Assembly: GCA_051294375.1 (NCBI GenBank) | Contig: CM119271.1 | Span: 15,320,770 to 15,384,769, forward strand | DNA length: 64,000 nt | DNA from: Paraspadella gotoi | Lineage: Eukaryota; Animalia; Chaetognatha | Direction: 5' to 3' | Part shown: piece after piece, positions 1 through 12,820 of the stretch | How the letters are laid out: the number at the start of each line of letters is the position of its first letter | How positions within the stretch are numbered: position 1 is the first letter of the stretch | The notes under the pieces: model-generated | Databases searched by the model: none | What the model saw: only the letters and a program-made list of their open reading frames with translations | What the model was told of the DNA's origin: nothing | Made by a program: the position numbers and the translations under genes

Positions 1-377
1 GGCGAAACCAATGGAAAACAACAACAACAATAAGTAGAACAACGTTACAAAAAACCAGTAGTGACATTAGGATTTGAAATTATTTCACATTTACGTTGAT
101 AGGATATATCACGTATAGAGTAGACAACGTAAACGGAAAGAACTTTAACATTGTTTATTTTAGCCTTAAGCCTGGATATTAACAATATCTTTTTCTCCGC
201 CTCATTTTCAAACCTTTTTATCAATTTTCTATCAGAATTTTATCAGGTTTTTTTTTTTTTTGTCATCCCTGTGTTTGGCGGCCTGAGAATAAATTTGGGC
301 GCGAAGTTTTAAAAAATAAAAGAGTAAAGAGAAAATAAGAGAAAAAGAAATGAGTTGACCGGAGAGAGAAGGAAAGA

Positions 378-453
<76 letters not shown>

Positions 454-696
454 TGAAACAAAACGAAAACAAAGAAGCTACAGAAAAAAAAAACAAGAGA
501 AAGAAAACAAAAGAACAAAATTGTTTTTTCTTTGACCAAGAAAAAAACAGACAAATTAGGATTTAAAATATTTTAAATGTTTATATTTATAAATATCAAT
601 TATTTGTATCTATATTCAATTTATTTATATATATTTAATTTCAACATCATATTCAATTAAAATTATATCTATTTTTTTCACTTTTAATTCACAATA

Positions 697-744
697 TTAT
701 TATTTTTATTATTATTATTATTGTTATTATTATTATTATTATTA

Positions 745-823
<79 letters not shown>

Positions 824-847
824 GTTATTATTATTATTATTATTACT

Positions 848-882
<35 letters not shown>

Positions 883-885
883 CAT
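697..885. repeat. (TTA)n microsatellite
   Basis: Long near-perfect TTA run; a similar run lies at ~5270-5383. Dozens of (GA)n/(CT)n and (GAC)n runs occur across the window and are not listed individually. Confidence 0.97.
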
Positions 886-1570
886 TCTTATTCCACTAAT
901 TTTACCCAATTCACCCACTCAATCTTTAACTAACCCGCAGCCTCGTTCGGCGCCTGACCCTCTACGTCGACGAACCACACTACACGCAGCTGCTTTTTCA
1001 ACAATTACAATCGCGAGGAGAAAATAAATTAAAGTATTAAAAAAAAGTTACATTGACTCTCTCTCTTTCTGTCTGTTTCTTTCTCTCTCTCTTTTTTTCT
1101 CCCCTCGTGGGAAAATTCACGATCAAGGTGGTGAGAACAATTTTTAATAACGATACGAATAAGATTTTTCAACGATGCGTCCCCCAAAATATCCTATTAT
1201 TAGTTATAAAATATTTATTAATAACAATATTATATATTTTAACAGATTGTGGAAAAATGCAAGAATGATTCCTTTTGGTAACTCGATAAAAAATTGTAAT
1301 AAAAAATCATGAAAAACCAATTTGCAGAGATGCAATTCTTTATTGGACGCATCTTAATAATCTCCCCTTTTTTATTCCCACAATTTAGTGGAGAAGATCA
1401 AATACAATAGAAGAGAGGGGAAGAAAGGAATAGAAAAGAAAAGATAAAAAAGAAAAGAAAGAAGGGAAAAGAAAAGAAAAGAAAGGAAAAAAAAAAGGAA
1501 AGGTGCAAAGTAAGAAATTTGTAGACTTTGTATTTGAAGCAGGTGTCCGTCGGAAAGAGAAAGAAAAGAA

Positions 1571-1606
<36 letters not shown>

Positions 1607-2153
1607 AAAAAAGAGAGAAAAAAGATAGAAAGAAAGAAAGAAAGAGATTAATTGAAGAAAAGGTTTGATACAAACGAGAGATTTTCAGCGGAAATGGTTT
1701 TGGTGAGAATTTAAGTAGAAGGTGAGTTTGACTGACANNNNNNNNNNNNNNNNNNNNNNNNNNNNNNNNNNNNNNNNNNNNNNNNNNNNNNNNNNNNNNN
1801 NNNNNNNNNNNNNNNNNNNNNNNNNNNNNNNNNNNNNNNNNNNNNNNNNNNNNNNNNNNNNNNNNNNNNNNNNNNNNNNNNNNNNNNNNNNNNNNNNNNN
1901 NNNNNNNNNNNNNNNNNNNNNNNNNNNNNNNNNNNNNNNNNNNNNNNNNNNNNNNNNNNNNNNNNNNNNNNNNNNNNNNNNNNNNNNNNNNNNNNNNNNN
2001 NNNNNNNNNNNNNNNNNNNNNATATTGCGTTGAGCTATGGATGAATAAAGTTGAAACATTGCGATTTTAACTAAACAGTAAAACAAATGAAATGTTTTTC
2101 TACTGAGTGACCAACGATCAATATCAGAAACTAATATAAACACAGCACCATCA

Positions 2154-2194
<41 letters not shown>

Positions 2195-3026
2195 GACAAC
2201 AGCCGCTCGCCTCTCCCTTCTTCATAAACATCGATGGATGCAAAATCCGAATCTCAAACAAGTCGTCGTCGTCGTCGTCGTTATTGTCGTCTTCATCATC
2301 GACAAATATTAGTGTCGAATATTTTTAACTTTTAATTATCTTTTAATAATCATTACCTTCAGAATTTTCATTAAAATTTACTCGGGTTCCCATGGGCGTC
2401 AGCCACGCCCATTTTGACGCTATTTCGTCGTGGTTCTTCGTCGCAATTCATCCTCGTTCGTCGTTGTTCCGCTACTGAATTTCGTCCTCTTTCGTCGTTG
2501 TCCTCTTTCCCCCCCCCCTTCCCACTTTCGTTCAAAAACGCGGCTTCCCTTTTGTTCTTTCCATTTTCGATCGATCCGATTGTTCATCTGTTTGTTCTCG
2601 ATCCGTCGCCATATAAGGACTTTTTTTTTGCCGATCCTCTTCCTCTTCCCCCTCATCTCAAACAGCGCCTCTACCGGCGGCGGCCTTTAAACCTCTCGTT
2701 TCAAACCCCGCGCCCCTTAATTGGTTCAACGCATTAAGCTGTCGGCGAATATCGGGAAATGTCAATATCGTGTCGCACCCCCGATTAATGTCAATAAAGA
2801 TGGCGAATGTGTCAATAAAAAAATGTGTCAATAAATGGGAAAGGGAAAAATTGTGAATAGGGAAGATTCGCGAATAGANNNNNNNNNNATTGTTCGGCGT
2901 CGGAGATAAAAGAGAATAAAGGTTATTGTGATATTGTAATATTGTAACGATTTTATCGGGTGAGAGTATTAACGGGTATCTTTATCTTGCTCAGTTCTTC
3001 TCTCATTTGATCACATTTCTTTCCAA

Positions 3027-3073
<47 letters not shown>

Positions 3074-3893
3074 CCTTTCGCACAAGAGAGTTAACGGTTA
3101 TCCAGTCAAAAGTAACCTCAAAGGCGACGTCAGCACGGATAAATTCATAAGCAGAAACCGCAAAATGAGATTCATCACTGAGATGAGAAAATTTGAGTAA
3201 ATGATAAATGATAAAAAGGCGAAAAACTGAAAAAAATAGAGAGAGGATGATAAAANNNNNNNNNNNNNNNNNNNNNNNNNNNNNNNNNNNNNNNNNNNNN
3301 NNNNNNNNNNNNNNNNNNNNNNNNNNNNNNNNNNNNNNNNNNNNNNNNNNNNNNNNNNNNNNNNNNNNNNNNNNNNNNNNNNNNNNNNNNNNNNNNNNNN
3401 NNNNNNNNNNNNNNNNNNNNNNNNNNNNNNNNNNNNNNNNNNNNNNNNNNNNNNNNNNNNNNNNNNNNNNNNNNNNNNNNNNNNNNNNNNNNNNNNNNNN
3501 NNNNNNNNNNNNNNNNNNNNNNAAAAAGAAAATAAGAGAGCTCCGGAATTAATATCCCCAGGACTTTTCCGCGGCGCTAAAAATGATCAACACTCAATTA
3601 CTTTGTATCCCGGTCTTTCGCCTTACGAGAGACAAAAGAAGAAAAAACCCCCTGGCGGCTCAAAAAGGAATAAGCAGTCAGATCAAAAACGCCACTCATT
3701 ACAATCCCCTCGGCGTGTGGAGAGAGAGAGAGAAGAGAAAGAGAAGAGAGAGAGAGAGAGAGCAAGAGAAGAGAGAAGAGAGAGAGTATTATTCCCCGGA
3801 ATAAAATATACTTGAACTCTTACGTTAAGAGGAAAAAACGTTATTCGGATTTGCCAGCGGCACTCGAATCTTCTCTGGTCAAATTTCACTCTC

Positions 3894-3948
<55 letters not shown>

Positions 3949-4296
3949 CCTCTCCTCCTCTCTCTCTCACATTACCACAAAAAAGAATGAGACGTCACTC
4001 TCTTGTTCTTTGCCGCAAGGGCTTGGCATTGGGTGCAAAATTAAGCAAAAGAGAGGTTCGAATAGAAAGGAAAAAAGAGAAGAGAAAGAGAGAAGTATAA
4101 AGTATAAGAAGGATAAAGACAAAAAGAAAGAAAGAAAGCAAAGAAAGAAGAAAGAAAAGAAAGAAAGAAAGAAGAAAGAAAGAAAGACAGACAGACAGAG
4201 AGAGAGAGAAACGGAGTGAGAGAGAGAGAGAGTCTGCATAAGATGTTTCGAGTCTAGGCTGGATTACGAAATCTTAACGCGGTCTTTGCCAGGGGT

Positions 4297-4350
4297 TCAG
4301 AGAGGCTCTGCCTTAAGTATGGGGGATGTAACGGAGCTTCGGAGCGATAG

Positions 4351-4388
<38 letters not shown>

Positions 4389-4823
4389 AAGCCGCCCACC
4401 AGCCGCTTCACTCCGCTCGCCGACGCAGCCGTCGTCGTCGTCGTTACCCCGGGCGCTGGACCGAAACGGATGAATCTACGTGCGGAGCGGAGCGCTGCGC
4501 TGCCGCTGCGTACTTTCTCCGCGGCGGCGTTCTTTTTCCCCAAAATCCGACGCCGCTGGCGACCGGCGCGGGGGGGATCTCGAAGACTCGCGGCGCCGGC
4601 TGCTGTCGGCGGCGACGTCGGCGGTGGCTCTCGCGTGCTGCCAGCGAGCGGACTACTTTTTTTATCTACTGGGCGGAGGGATTCGTCAGTGCTTAGGCTC
4701 TGCCTTTTATCGGGATATGTGTTTATCCGCGCTATTACTAGTAGTATTAAAAGAAAATTCTGGGATTTGTCCTTACGCCCCCCCCCTTATAGGGGGGGAG
4801 AGGTTAAAAAGACTCTAAAGAGT
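4297..4823 (-). CDS. Putative terminal coding exon of a transcription-factor-like protein (indel-noisy)
   Basis: Acceptor ctcttttAG before 4823. Allowing single-base insertions it reads ...PIK(A)EPK...VTTTTTAASASGV..YGGGGGGGGGGGGLSLRSSVTSPILKAEPL-stop (TGA 4297-4299). It has two psi-K-x-E motifs like the LIKAE in the 30.2 kb exon. Linkage to that gene is inferred. Confidence 0.45.
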
Positions 4824-5269
4824 CTAAAAGAGGATTTAAGTCCGACTCGCTCTCTCTCTTTCTCTCTCGGTCTCTATCTCTCTCTCATTCATTTTTATTG
4901 ATTTTTAATTTCTCCTTGTCGCTTTTATTCTCTTCATTCCTTCCAGAATTATTATAATTATAATTATAATGATAAAATAACTAGTAACTTGTAATTTAAA
5001 CGCCTCTCTTCGGCTGATAACGACCACAACATCGCCGCTCCTACAGACCCGATTGGATCGCCCATAAAACCTTTTAACCTTCAGCTCCTCCAGACTGGCC
5101 TCGTAACAATAACCCTAAATGCTCCGCGTCGCTCCAGCGGGTCAATCATTTAAATACTAATAAAATACTAGATAAATAGATAAATAGATACTAGTACTAC
5201 TAAAATTGAAAATTTTATTTGTCTCTTTATTATTTAATCTTTTTACTTCTCTTCACTTTTCTGTTGTTA

Positions 5270-5384
<115 letters not shown>

Positions 5385-5764
5385 TATCGGCTTTTCTTGT
5401 TCATATTATCTCTCTTCTCTTCCTGTCTCTAGTTTCTTGCTTTCCTTTCTCCCTTTACTATCTAATCTCTTTCTTTATCTAATTCCTCTTCCACTACCTC
5501 TCTCTCGACTTCACTCTCCTCCGCCTAAACATCCATCTCTTTTCTCTCTCAAAAGCCCTTCTTGTCTCTCTCTCTTAAAACGTTCAAGTCAATACAGTAT
5601 ATTCAGAAGAATTACTTTTAAAGGCCTCAAGTGCATAAGCCGCAAGTAATAAATATGTCTAGTGTACTCTCTCTCTCTCTCTCTCTCCTCTCTCTCGTCT
5701 CTCTCTCCTCTCTCTCTCCTCCCTTCTCTCTCTCTCTCCTCGTCGATCGTTCTCCTCTCTCAAG

Positions 5765-6402
5765 TCTACGACGGCGACACCAATCACAACGTTTCCGCTC
5801 AACCGCGTCCGCCAGTTTCATCCTTCTCCACGCTCACGTATATCGCGGTGCGCCTCTTTCTCCGAAGTATAGTCAAGGAAATAAACTGGCTCAAACAAAG
5901 GAGCAATCCAAAGAAGTTAGTACAAAACAACCTGAGCAATTAAGACCATCTCGCAACCCACTAGCCCGTCCCCGTCCCATGAGGTTTCCCTAACTCGGTG
6001 AAGAGGAAATTTTGCGGATCCTGCGCCGGAGTTATGATCGGCGGCCTCCCGAAACCCGAAGCATGAAAACGGATACAGAAATCTACTGGCGAATGGAGTC
6101 CAAGATTGGAGATCCCCCACAAATCTGGGGATCCAGAAGCCGCTCGTGAGAGAACGGGGGAGGTTTAAAGCCGATGCGAGAGAGAGAAGCGAGAGGAGTT
6201 CGTTAAATGTCCTAAGTTAATTGAGAGAAAATTATTTTAAAAAGTGATTATTACTGGGAACAGTCAACAAACTTGGATCCCTGGCGGTCGCTCTTATGGA
6301 TTTGGAAAATCGCGACGAACAAAAAGGAGACAAAGAATGCGAATGCCCGGGACATTGGCCAACAAGGTTTACCAAGTATCCGCTTTGAGTATGTGAAATT
6401 AC
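5765..6402 (+). CDS. Divergent paired-domain (Pax-like) exon, frameshifted by probable read errors
   Basis: Collinear paired-box-like motifs: YRGAPLS (5841; cf. VNGRPLP), KLAQ..LRPSR (cf. ELAHQGVRPCDI), GSCAGVMIGGLPKP (6016; cf. GSIKPGVIGGSKPK), W(E/G)IQK.LVREG (6126; cf. WEIRDRLLAEG), SSLNVL (6197; cf. SSINRIL). Exon boundaries are approximate. Confidence 0.6.
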
Positions 6403-6501
6403 GTAAAACCCTTTTTTTTTTTAAATCACTTTCCTTTTTCCGCTTTGTCTCCTCTCCCCTAACTTTTGGCCTCTGTCGCCTCTGCCCTTCACATTCTTTA
6501 G

Positions 6502-6681
6502 AGAGGCGCGAAGATCCTTTCGCCGTAGTTTGGTCTTCCTACTTCGGTCGACATCAAAAGCGGAAATCGCGTGAACCCGCCGGAAATCAACGTCGCCGCT
6601 GACAACGACTTCGTTCACACATCTTGCACGGGGTCGTCACAAATTCTCAAGGAGCTCTTCAAAGTTATGAAGCTGCCGAAG
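6502..6681 (+). CDS. Probable downstream exon of the Pax-like gene
   Basis: ttctttAG acceptor and AAG|GTGAGT donor. The 3' part reads VDIKSGNRVNPPEINVAADNDFVHTSCTGSSQILKELFKVMKLPK; the 5' part needs an indel correction. Confidence 0.4.
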
Positions 6682-6780
6682 GTGAGTTAAAGAGGGGTGG
6701 GTTCCATTGTCGTTGTGGAGTCACCGGATGAGACGTTCCTCTCTTCCTCTGTCACCCCCAATAGTTCATTACGCCTTCAG

Positions 6781-7155
6781 CCAGTCGAGTCACCCCGAGT
6801 CCCCTCCGTCCGGTCGCCGAATCCTTGCGAGGGACCGCGGATCCTCGAGGCGGCGTTGACGACGGCCGACGAAAATGAGTCGAAGTCGTACGCGCCAGCG
6901 ATCCCGGACGAGCGCAGACCGATGATGGGCCGTGCCGAAAGCGGAGCGGGGATTGGAGAGAATTTTCTAACGTGAGGTTTTTGCTTTTGCCATCGTTGGA
7001 AGGCGAACTGGATAGGAGTCGCAGTCTGGAGTGAAGCGTTCAACGTGAGAGCGTAGCGATTCCGAGGAGGGAGGTGCACTATGATTACACCGGTGATTTC
7101 TCCGCCGAGGAAAAGGGCGGAAAAGCGAGAGGGAAATGGGGTGGAGTTTGGATGA
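6781..7155 (+). CDS. Probable last exon of the Pax-like gene
   Basis: ccttcAG acceptor closes a 99-nt GT-AG intron; in-phase PVESPRVPSVRSPNPCEGPRILEAALTTADENESK...; 3' end uncertain because of indels. Confidence 0.35.
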
Positions 7156-7414
7156 GAAGTGCTTAACTGGCAGAAAAAAAGAAAGGAGGGGTTTAGCTGG
7201 TGGGTTTATCTTGCTGGACAAGGGGGGTTTGAAAAGAGAGAAGAGGCAGGAGGGAGAGTTCACTCAAACAGAAGATAGAAGCGGAGAAAAGTTTTATAGA
7301 AGAAGATATTATAACCGAAAAGAAAAGATCTGGTGAGTCTATGTGATGGGAAGTGATCAGGGGTTGCTCAAGTTAATAAAGCGAAAAAGAAACCTATGAA
7401 CTACGTGATGAGAG

Positions 7415-7467
<53 letters not shown>

Positions 7468-7905
7468 AAGAGAGAAGAGAGACCTTCATTTAACGAGAAG
7501 GCTCGAGCGATCAAAGGCGTTTCGCATTCATTCCAAACCGGCGAAGATTTTTAAAAAACTACCAATGGATTTTTCGTGTTCTGTGTTTATAGAAAAAAAA
7601 TATTTGAAGAAGTTTTAAAGGGGTTAAAGTGAAGTGAAAATTTTGGTTTATGTTTAATTTCACTTTTTGAAAGAAAAGTTTTGTTAATTCTGATCCAAAC
7701 AATTTTAAATTCAATGAAAATTTTTAAGATTTAAAAATTGTAAAAACGTAAGTTATTTGGGCGACTTAAACCGGTCGATAGTAATGATATTGGCATAAGG
7801 TAATAAAGGCAATGAAGTTGGTATACTCTGATGACAACTTTTTATTGAATCGAAAAAAAATCATATTGACTTTATTAATTTATTTCCAATTGATAAGTGA
7901 TATTA

Positions 7906-8185
7906 AAACAAGTTGAGCACAATGTCGAGATCTGCCCTACGATAATTAATTAATTAATTGATAACTTAATTAAATTAATTAATAATTAATTAATTAATAA
8001 TTAATTAATAGATTAATTAAATTAAATTAATTAAATATTAATTATAATTTTATAATTCAGCTTTCATCATCGATGTCCTTAAAATTGAGTCAAGGACAGT
8101 TATTAAATGTTTTGTTTACATTTTATCAAACAAACAAATATCCTCTATTATCCGAGCCAGGCGGGCAAAGCGCCGTCCTGTCTAG
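7906..8185 (+). mobile_element. Helitron-like non-autonomous element fragment
   Basis: The 5' part (acaagttgagca..tgtcga..tctgccc) recurs at ~49290. The 3' end has a GC-rich imperfect hairpin caggcgggc-aaa-gcgccgtcctg (8158-8180) followed by CTAG (8182-8185). Confidence 0.45.
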
Positions 8186-8585
8186 ATTTCGTTTTTTGGT
8201 TAGGCTTCGGTCTCGTTTTTTTTTGCAATCAAAATGGCTTCTGAAAGTGTGATATCAATAGGGAGTGAATTTTCATATATGGCTTCTAATCATCAAGATC
8301 TTTAAAAATTCTCAGTTTCAGATACATATGGGTATTTGGTTTATGTTTTATTTACAAAACTAAAACGTTTTAATTATATGTCGCTCCTCTCTCCGCTCTT
8401 TTCTCCGTCACTGCCCTTCTTCTAAAAAACGAGTTCCCCGGCTCTGCCAGCGCTGTCCAGCGTTTTCTCTCATCTCCTTCTCTCTCTCCTCGTCCATCTC
8501 TCTCTCCTCATCTTCTCTCTCCGCTCTTTTTTTTTTTACAAAAATTTTTTAGATATAATGTGAAGTTCACTAATAGTAAAAAACG

Positions 8586-8661
8586 ATGCCTGCGAACAGA
8601 GGCGCGAACCCGGGTCCTTTGGGTAGTAGAATAGCTCACGCTAACGTTGCGGCGCCATAAG
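8586..8661 (-). mobile_element. Degenerate tRNA-derived SINE head
   Basis: Minus strand acccaaaggacccgggttcgcgcc matches the B-box region of the element at 24079-24103; no ribozyme follows. Confidence 0.4.
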
Positions 8662-9169
8662 TACTGCGATTCTCTTAACGAGTAAGGGGCTGTAGAGCTT
8701 CTCTCTCTCTCATCTCTTTAATTAATTATATTATCGCTCTTTCTCTTTCTCTTTTCTCTGCAGCGGCTGTCCTCTCTCTCTCTCTCTTTTTCCTCTCTCT
8801 CTCCTCTGTCTCTCTGTCCTCTCTGTGTGTGTCTGTCCCCTATCTGTCGCGATCTTTTGCGTGATCGTTTGTTTTTAAACAATTTTGATTATGTTTTTTT
8901 CCTTCTAAACAAACTTTTTATTATTGCCATTTATTCCGTCGCTTTTTTTCAATACAAAACCATTATTTTCAATGAGATTTCGTGGATTTAATGTTCTCAT
9001 TTCTTTCTCTACTTACGTGTCTTTCTTAGCTCTCTCTCTTCTCCATTCCTCTGCTCTCGTCTCTCTTTCTTTCTCTCTCTCCTTTCTCTCTCTCTTCTCT
9101 CGTCTCGTCTCTCTCTCTCTCTCATCTCCTCTCTCTCTTTTACTCATACACGCATTTGTTTGTTTTAGT

Positions 9170-9410
9170 TGACTATCATCGCATCAAATGAATGACAAAT
9201 CATGCATCAATGAGAAATGAACAAATCATCGCAATCAAAAATGAAATGACTACATCACAGCAGTGAATGACTATCAATCGATCATAATTGAGTATCATCG
9301 AATCAAGTAATCAATTCCCTATTACATCAATTAAATTACTATTACATCAATCATTAGTATTAGCCTCAATCAATTACTAGTACATCTCAACAATTCGTTA
9401 TCGCATGATC
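9170..9410. repeat. Degenerate ~20-bp minisatellite
   Basis: Repeated gactatcatcgcatcaatgaat-like units drifting to attactattacatcaat. Confidence 0.7.
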
Positions 9411-9621
9411 ATTCGTTTTTTCCTCGGTTTTTTTCATTAATTTTCTATAGATAGTGGGCTCTGGATCGATCTTGAGGTCTTTTAAAGATTTTTTTTATTT
9501 TATGTCTCCTTCTCTCTCTCTCCTCTCACTCTCCTCTCTTTTCTCTCTTCACTCTCCTCTCTCTCTCTCACTCTCGTGCTTTCTCTCTCTCTCTCTCTCT
9601 CTTTTTATGCAATAGCGTACG

Positions 9622-10700
9622 ATCCTTATGCTTTTAAGATTTTTTAAAAACTGCATCAGTTTTTTCAGAAACTTGATAAATTTTTTCAAACTTGCATTCC
9701 GTCAAAACTTTTATATCTAGCTTCTTCCACTCAACTTTCCTACCGCTCACAAAATTTCATTCTAAATCTATCATGGGTTAAAATAAAAATAAAGATTCAA
9801 GTAAATGTGACTCATATTTTTTCATTTAAACTCATTTTACACTGGGTACGTTTTCCACTGAAACTTTATATCAACGCTTCGTCAACGGTTTCCTACCCAC
9901 ACACAAAATTTCAACTCAATCTATCCATCAATCTGATTAATTAGAGTATTTTATTGGTTTAAAAAGTAAAAAGATTTAGTAAATTCGAAACTATGTTTTC
10001 CATTTAAAACTAATTTCCAACTCACACAATTCCATCGATAATTTTATATCGCGCTTTATCAACACACTTTCCTACCCACACACAAAAATTATTTTCCAAT
10101 CCAACCACCAATCACGACAGTTATTGGAGCTTTTTGCTAATGATGGGGAACGGATGGACGATTGATTTGACTAAATTAATTAATTATTGATTAATTATTT
10201 ACCTAATTGATTAAGTTAACTGATTAATTATTTGATTATTAATAACATCCTCCAGGTACATTTAATATAAAAGGAAAAAGAAGCATAACAATTAGTAAAC
10301 AGGTTTTTTGTTTTTTTCCATTTAAATCATTTCCACTCAACTATTATTCAGTCGAAACTTGATTTCCTGTTCAAGATCACAACACTTTCCCCTAACCCAC
10401 ATACAAAATGTCCACAGGTCACTCAGCCATCCACCAATGAGCAAATTGTGTTCAATAGTGAAATATATTTTTTGTTTTTTTCCAATTAAAACTCATTTCA
10501 CTCGGACGATCCATCGAACTAATATCCAGCTCATCACACACTTACTATCCACAACAAAATTTCATTTAAAAATCGCATCCATCCATCACGAAGTAATTGG
10601 TGTTTTTTTTTGCCTAAAGGTGACGACGGACGACGCGACGGACGACGGACGGACGGACAAACAGACTAGGACTGACGACATCATTTTTTTTTGCATAATT
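9622..10700 (+). mobile_element. Dispersed repeat with internal tandem core repeats (Helentron-associated/DINE-1-like)
   Basis: About five ~170-bp subrepeats (ttttccatttaaactcatttccact...gaaactttatatc..cttt cctacccacacacaaaatttc) ending in a (GACG)n tract at 10622-10660; direct copy at 36379-37125; partial copy at ~49420-49570. Confidence 0.7.
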
Positions 10701-12750
10701 TAATCAAAATTCGATGTTCCCTGACATGATAATAAGTTGTGTCCCGACAATATTGAGGGGGCCGGACCGACGGACGCGAAAAAGTGAGTTAAAAAAATGT
10801 GAGTTAATAGAGGTCGGGATCTGCTGGGATAAGCAGATCCGACTGAAAAACAAAAGGAACGAACGACGCTGACCAAAAAGTTGTTGCATGGGAGTTGCGG
10901 TCGAGCAAGATGGCTGAGTNNNNNNNNNNNNNNNNNNNNNNNNNCTCTCTCTCTCTCTCTCTCTCTCTTCCTCTTCATCCCACTGACCGAATTTTCTTCG
11001 ATTTCATCCTCAGATAAAATTTGTCGTCGTCGTCATCATCGTCGTCGTCTTCATCGTCGTCTTTCAGAATGCTCCGTTATTCGAATGCCGCGATGTATGG
11101 CGTACAGCATCGGGCATTCTCTCGTTTATTACACCGCGTGCGGCATTTGACCCTTTCACCGTTTTTAAAGTCAAATCTGAAATTGCAGTTAAGCGCCAGG
11201 CATTACCAACTGGAACAGAGAAATTTATGGTCTTTTGCAGAAGTTTTGATAGTGGCCTTATTAGTTTTCAGAGCGGCCTTATTAGTTTTGAGTGTGGCCT
11301 TATTAATGGTCATCAACCATGTTCATTTTAGGTCACGGCGTTCAGCGTTGTCATGGCGACCGAAACGGGGACCCGAGTTACGAATAACCGTCACCCATGG
11401 CAACGGAGTTGTCGGTTTTAAGGAGGAAAGGGAGCCTGGCGCCTGAACGCCTGTTTTGATGGAAATAAGAGTCAGGCGGTTAGGAACAGGCGCTGCGGTT
11501 GGAAGAAACGAGACGAGACAGGCGCTCATAACGAAGCGNNNNNNNNNNAGAGAGAGAGAGAGAGATTCCATAAACTAATGGTCGATATAACTATTACGAT
11601 GTGGCCGTAAAAGGTTCGCGTAATGAAGAATTCGATTTCAAACGAATGAAAGGCATCATTGGTTCTATTTTTCTTATGTTTCTGCTTCTGTTTCCTTCTG
11701 TTTTTGCCTCTCTGTTTTTAAAACTGTTTCCATCACTCATATTTGTTGTGTCTTCTTGTTGTCTGTGTTTTTTTTTATATTAAGTTTAACTAACAAAAAA
11801 ATTCCGATTAATGGATTTTCAGAAAAACAATGGAATCTGCAACAGAAGCGAACAGTCGGAGACAGTCTAACTGTCCCGATCGTCAACAGTCACGACTGAA
11901 TCAGATCAATTTCAACTGGTTTCACAGAACGTCTCCGGGTTTCACTCGAGTCACAGGTGTTTCGCAACGACGTTACGACATCGAAGATCGCAATTCTATT
12001 CCATCGCAACAGAAGCGATTCGCTTTTAACCGACAATCAAATTGTAGCTTAAGAGGCCGCCAAAGATTTCCCTTTGACAAGCAGACGTACAGAGCTTGTA
12101 ACGAGGGCGGTATATATCGGGGACGCAGTGACGAGACGTGACNNNNNNNNNNNNNNNNNNNNNNNNNNNNNNNNNNNNNNNNNNNNNNNNNNNNNNNNNN
12201 NNNNNNNNNNNNNNNNNNNNNNNNNNNNNNNNNNNNNNNNNNNNNNNNNNNNNNNNNNNNNNNNNNNTTTTTTTTTTGATCCGACGTCAGATTTGGGTCT
12301 CAACTTTCGATTTCGGTTTAAAGAAAAGATAAACTTTGGCATCGAATGAGATAACGCGATGGTAGAAGATGGATTGTTATCTATTGTGGCCAAAAAAGTA
12401 TATCTATTTTCTGTGGTGATTAGGAATTTATTATATAATCATTTTGTGTAAAAACTTTGCCGACGTTTAAAATGGCAACGAGAGATTTTGGAATAAACTT
12501 TGTTTTGATCTTAAATATGTCAACGTTTTGAAGAATTAAAATTAATTAAATTAATTTATTAAAGACTTTTAATAGATAGATTATATTAATTAACGCTTCT
12601 AAAATACTGACAAAAGATTTTGTTCTTGATAATTGTTTTCGGACTCTCTTTATTGGTTTTCTTTCTCCATAAACCTTTAGTTCATTATAAACCACTAAAT
12701 TCATTACTTCATTATTTTTTCACCCTTGTTTACTTACTTACATTCCTTTG

Positions 12751-12820
12751 TTTTCATTCCTTTATTTTCATTCCTTTATTTTCATTCCTTTATTTTCATT
12801 CCTTTATTTTCATTCCTTTC
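12751..12820. repeat. 14-bp tandem repeat (TTTTCATTCCTTTA) x~5
   Basis: Directly visible perfect units. Confidence 0.9.

Noticed and set aside
5950-6400. IRF DNA-binding domain reading (RTGRFK..TW..LRCAL..KVYQ)
   Set aside because: Needs many edits and lacks the tryptophan cluster; the paired-domain reading gives more collinear motifs.
7826-7862. Hammerhead motif CTGATGA...CGAAA
   Set aside because: Weak stem II and no stem III or cleavage triplet.
11830-12141. 103-aa plus-strand ORF after an AG acceptor
   Set aside because: No recognisable motif or splice partner, and it ends beside a gap; insufficient support.
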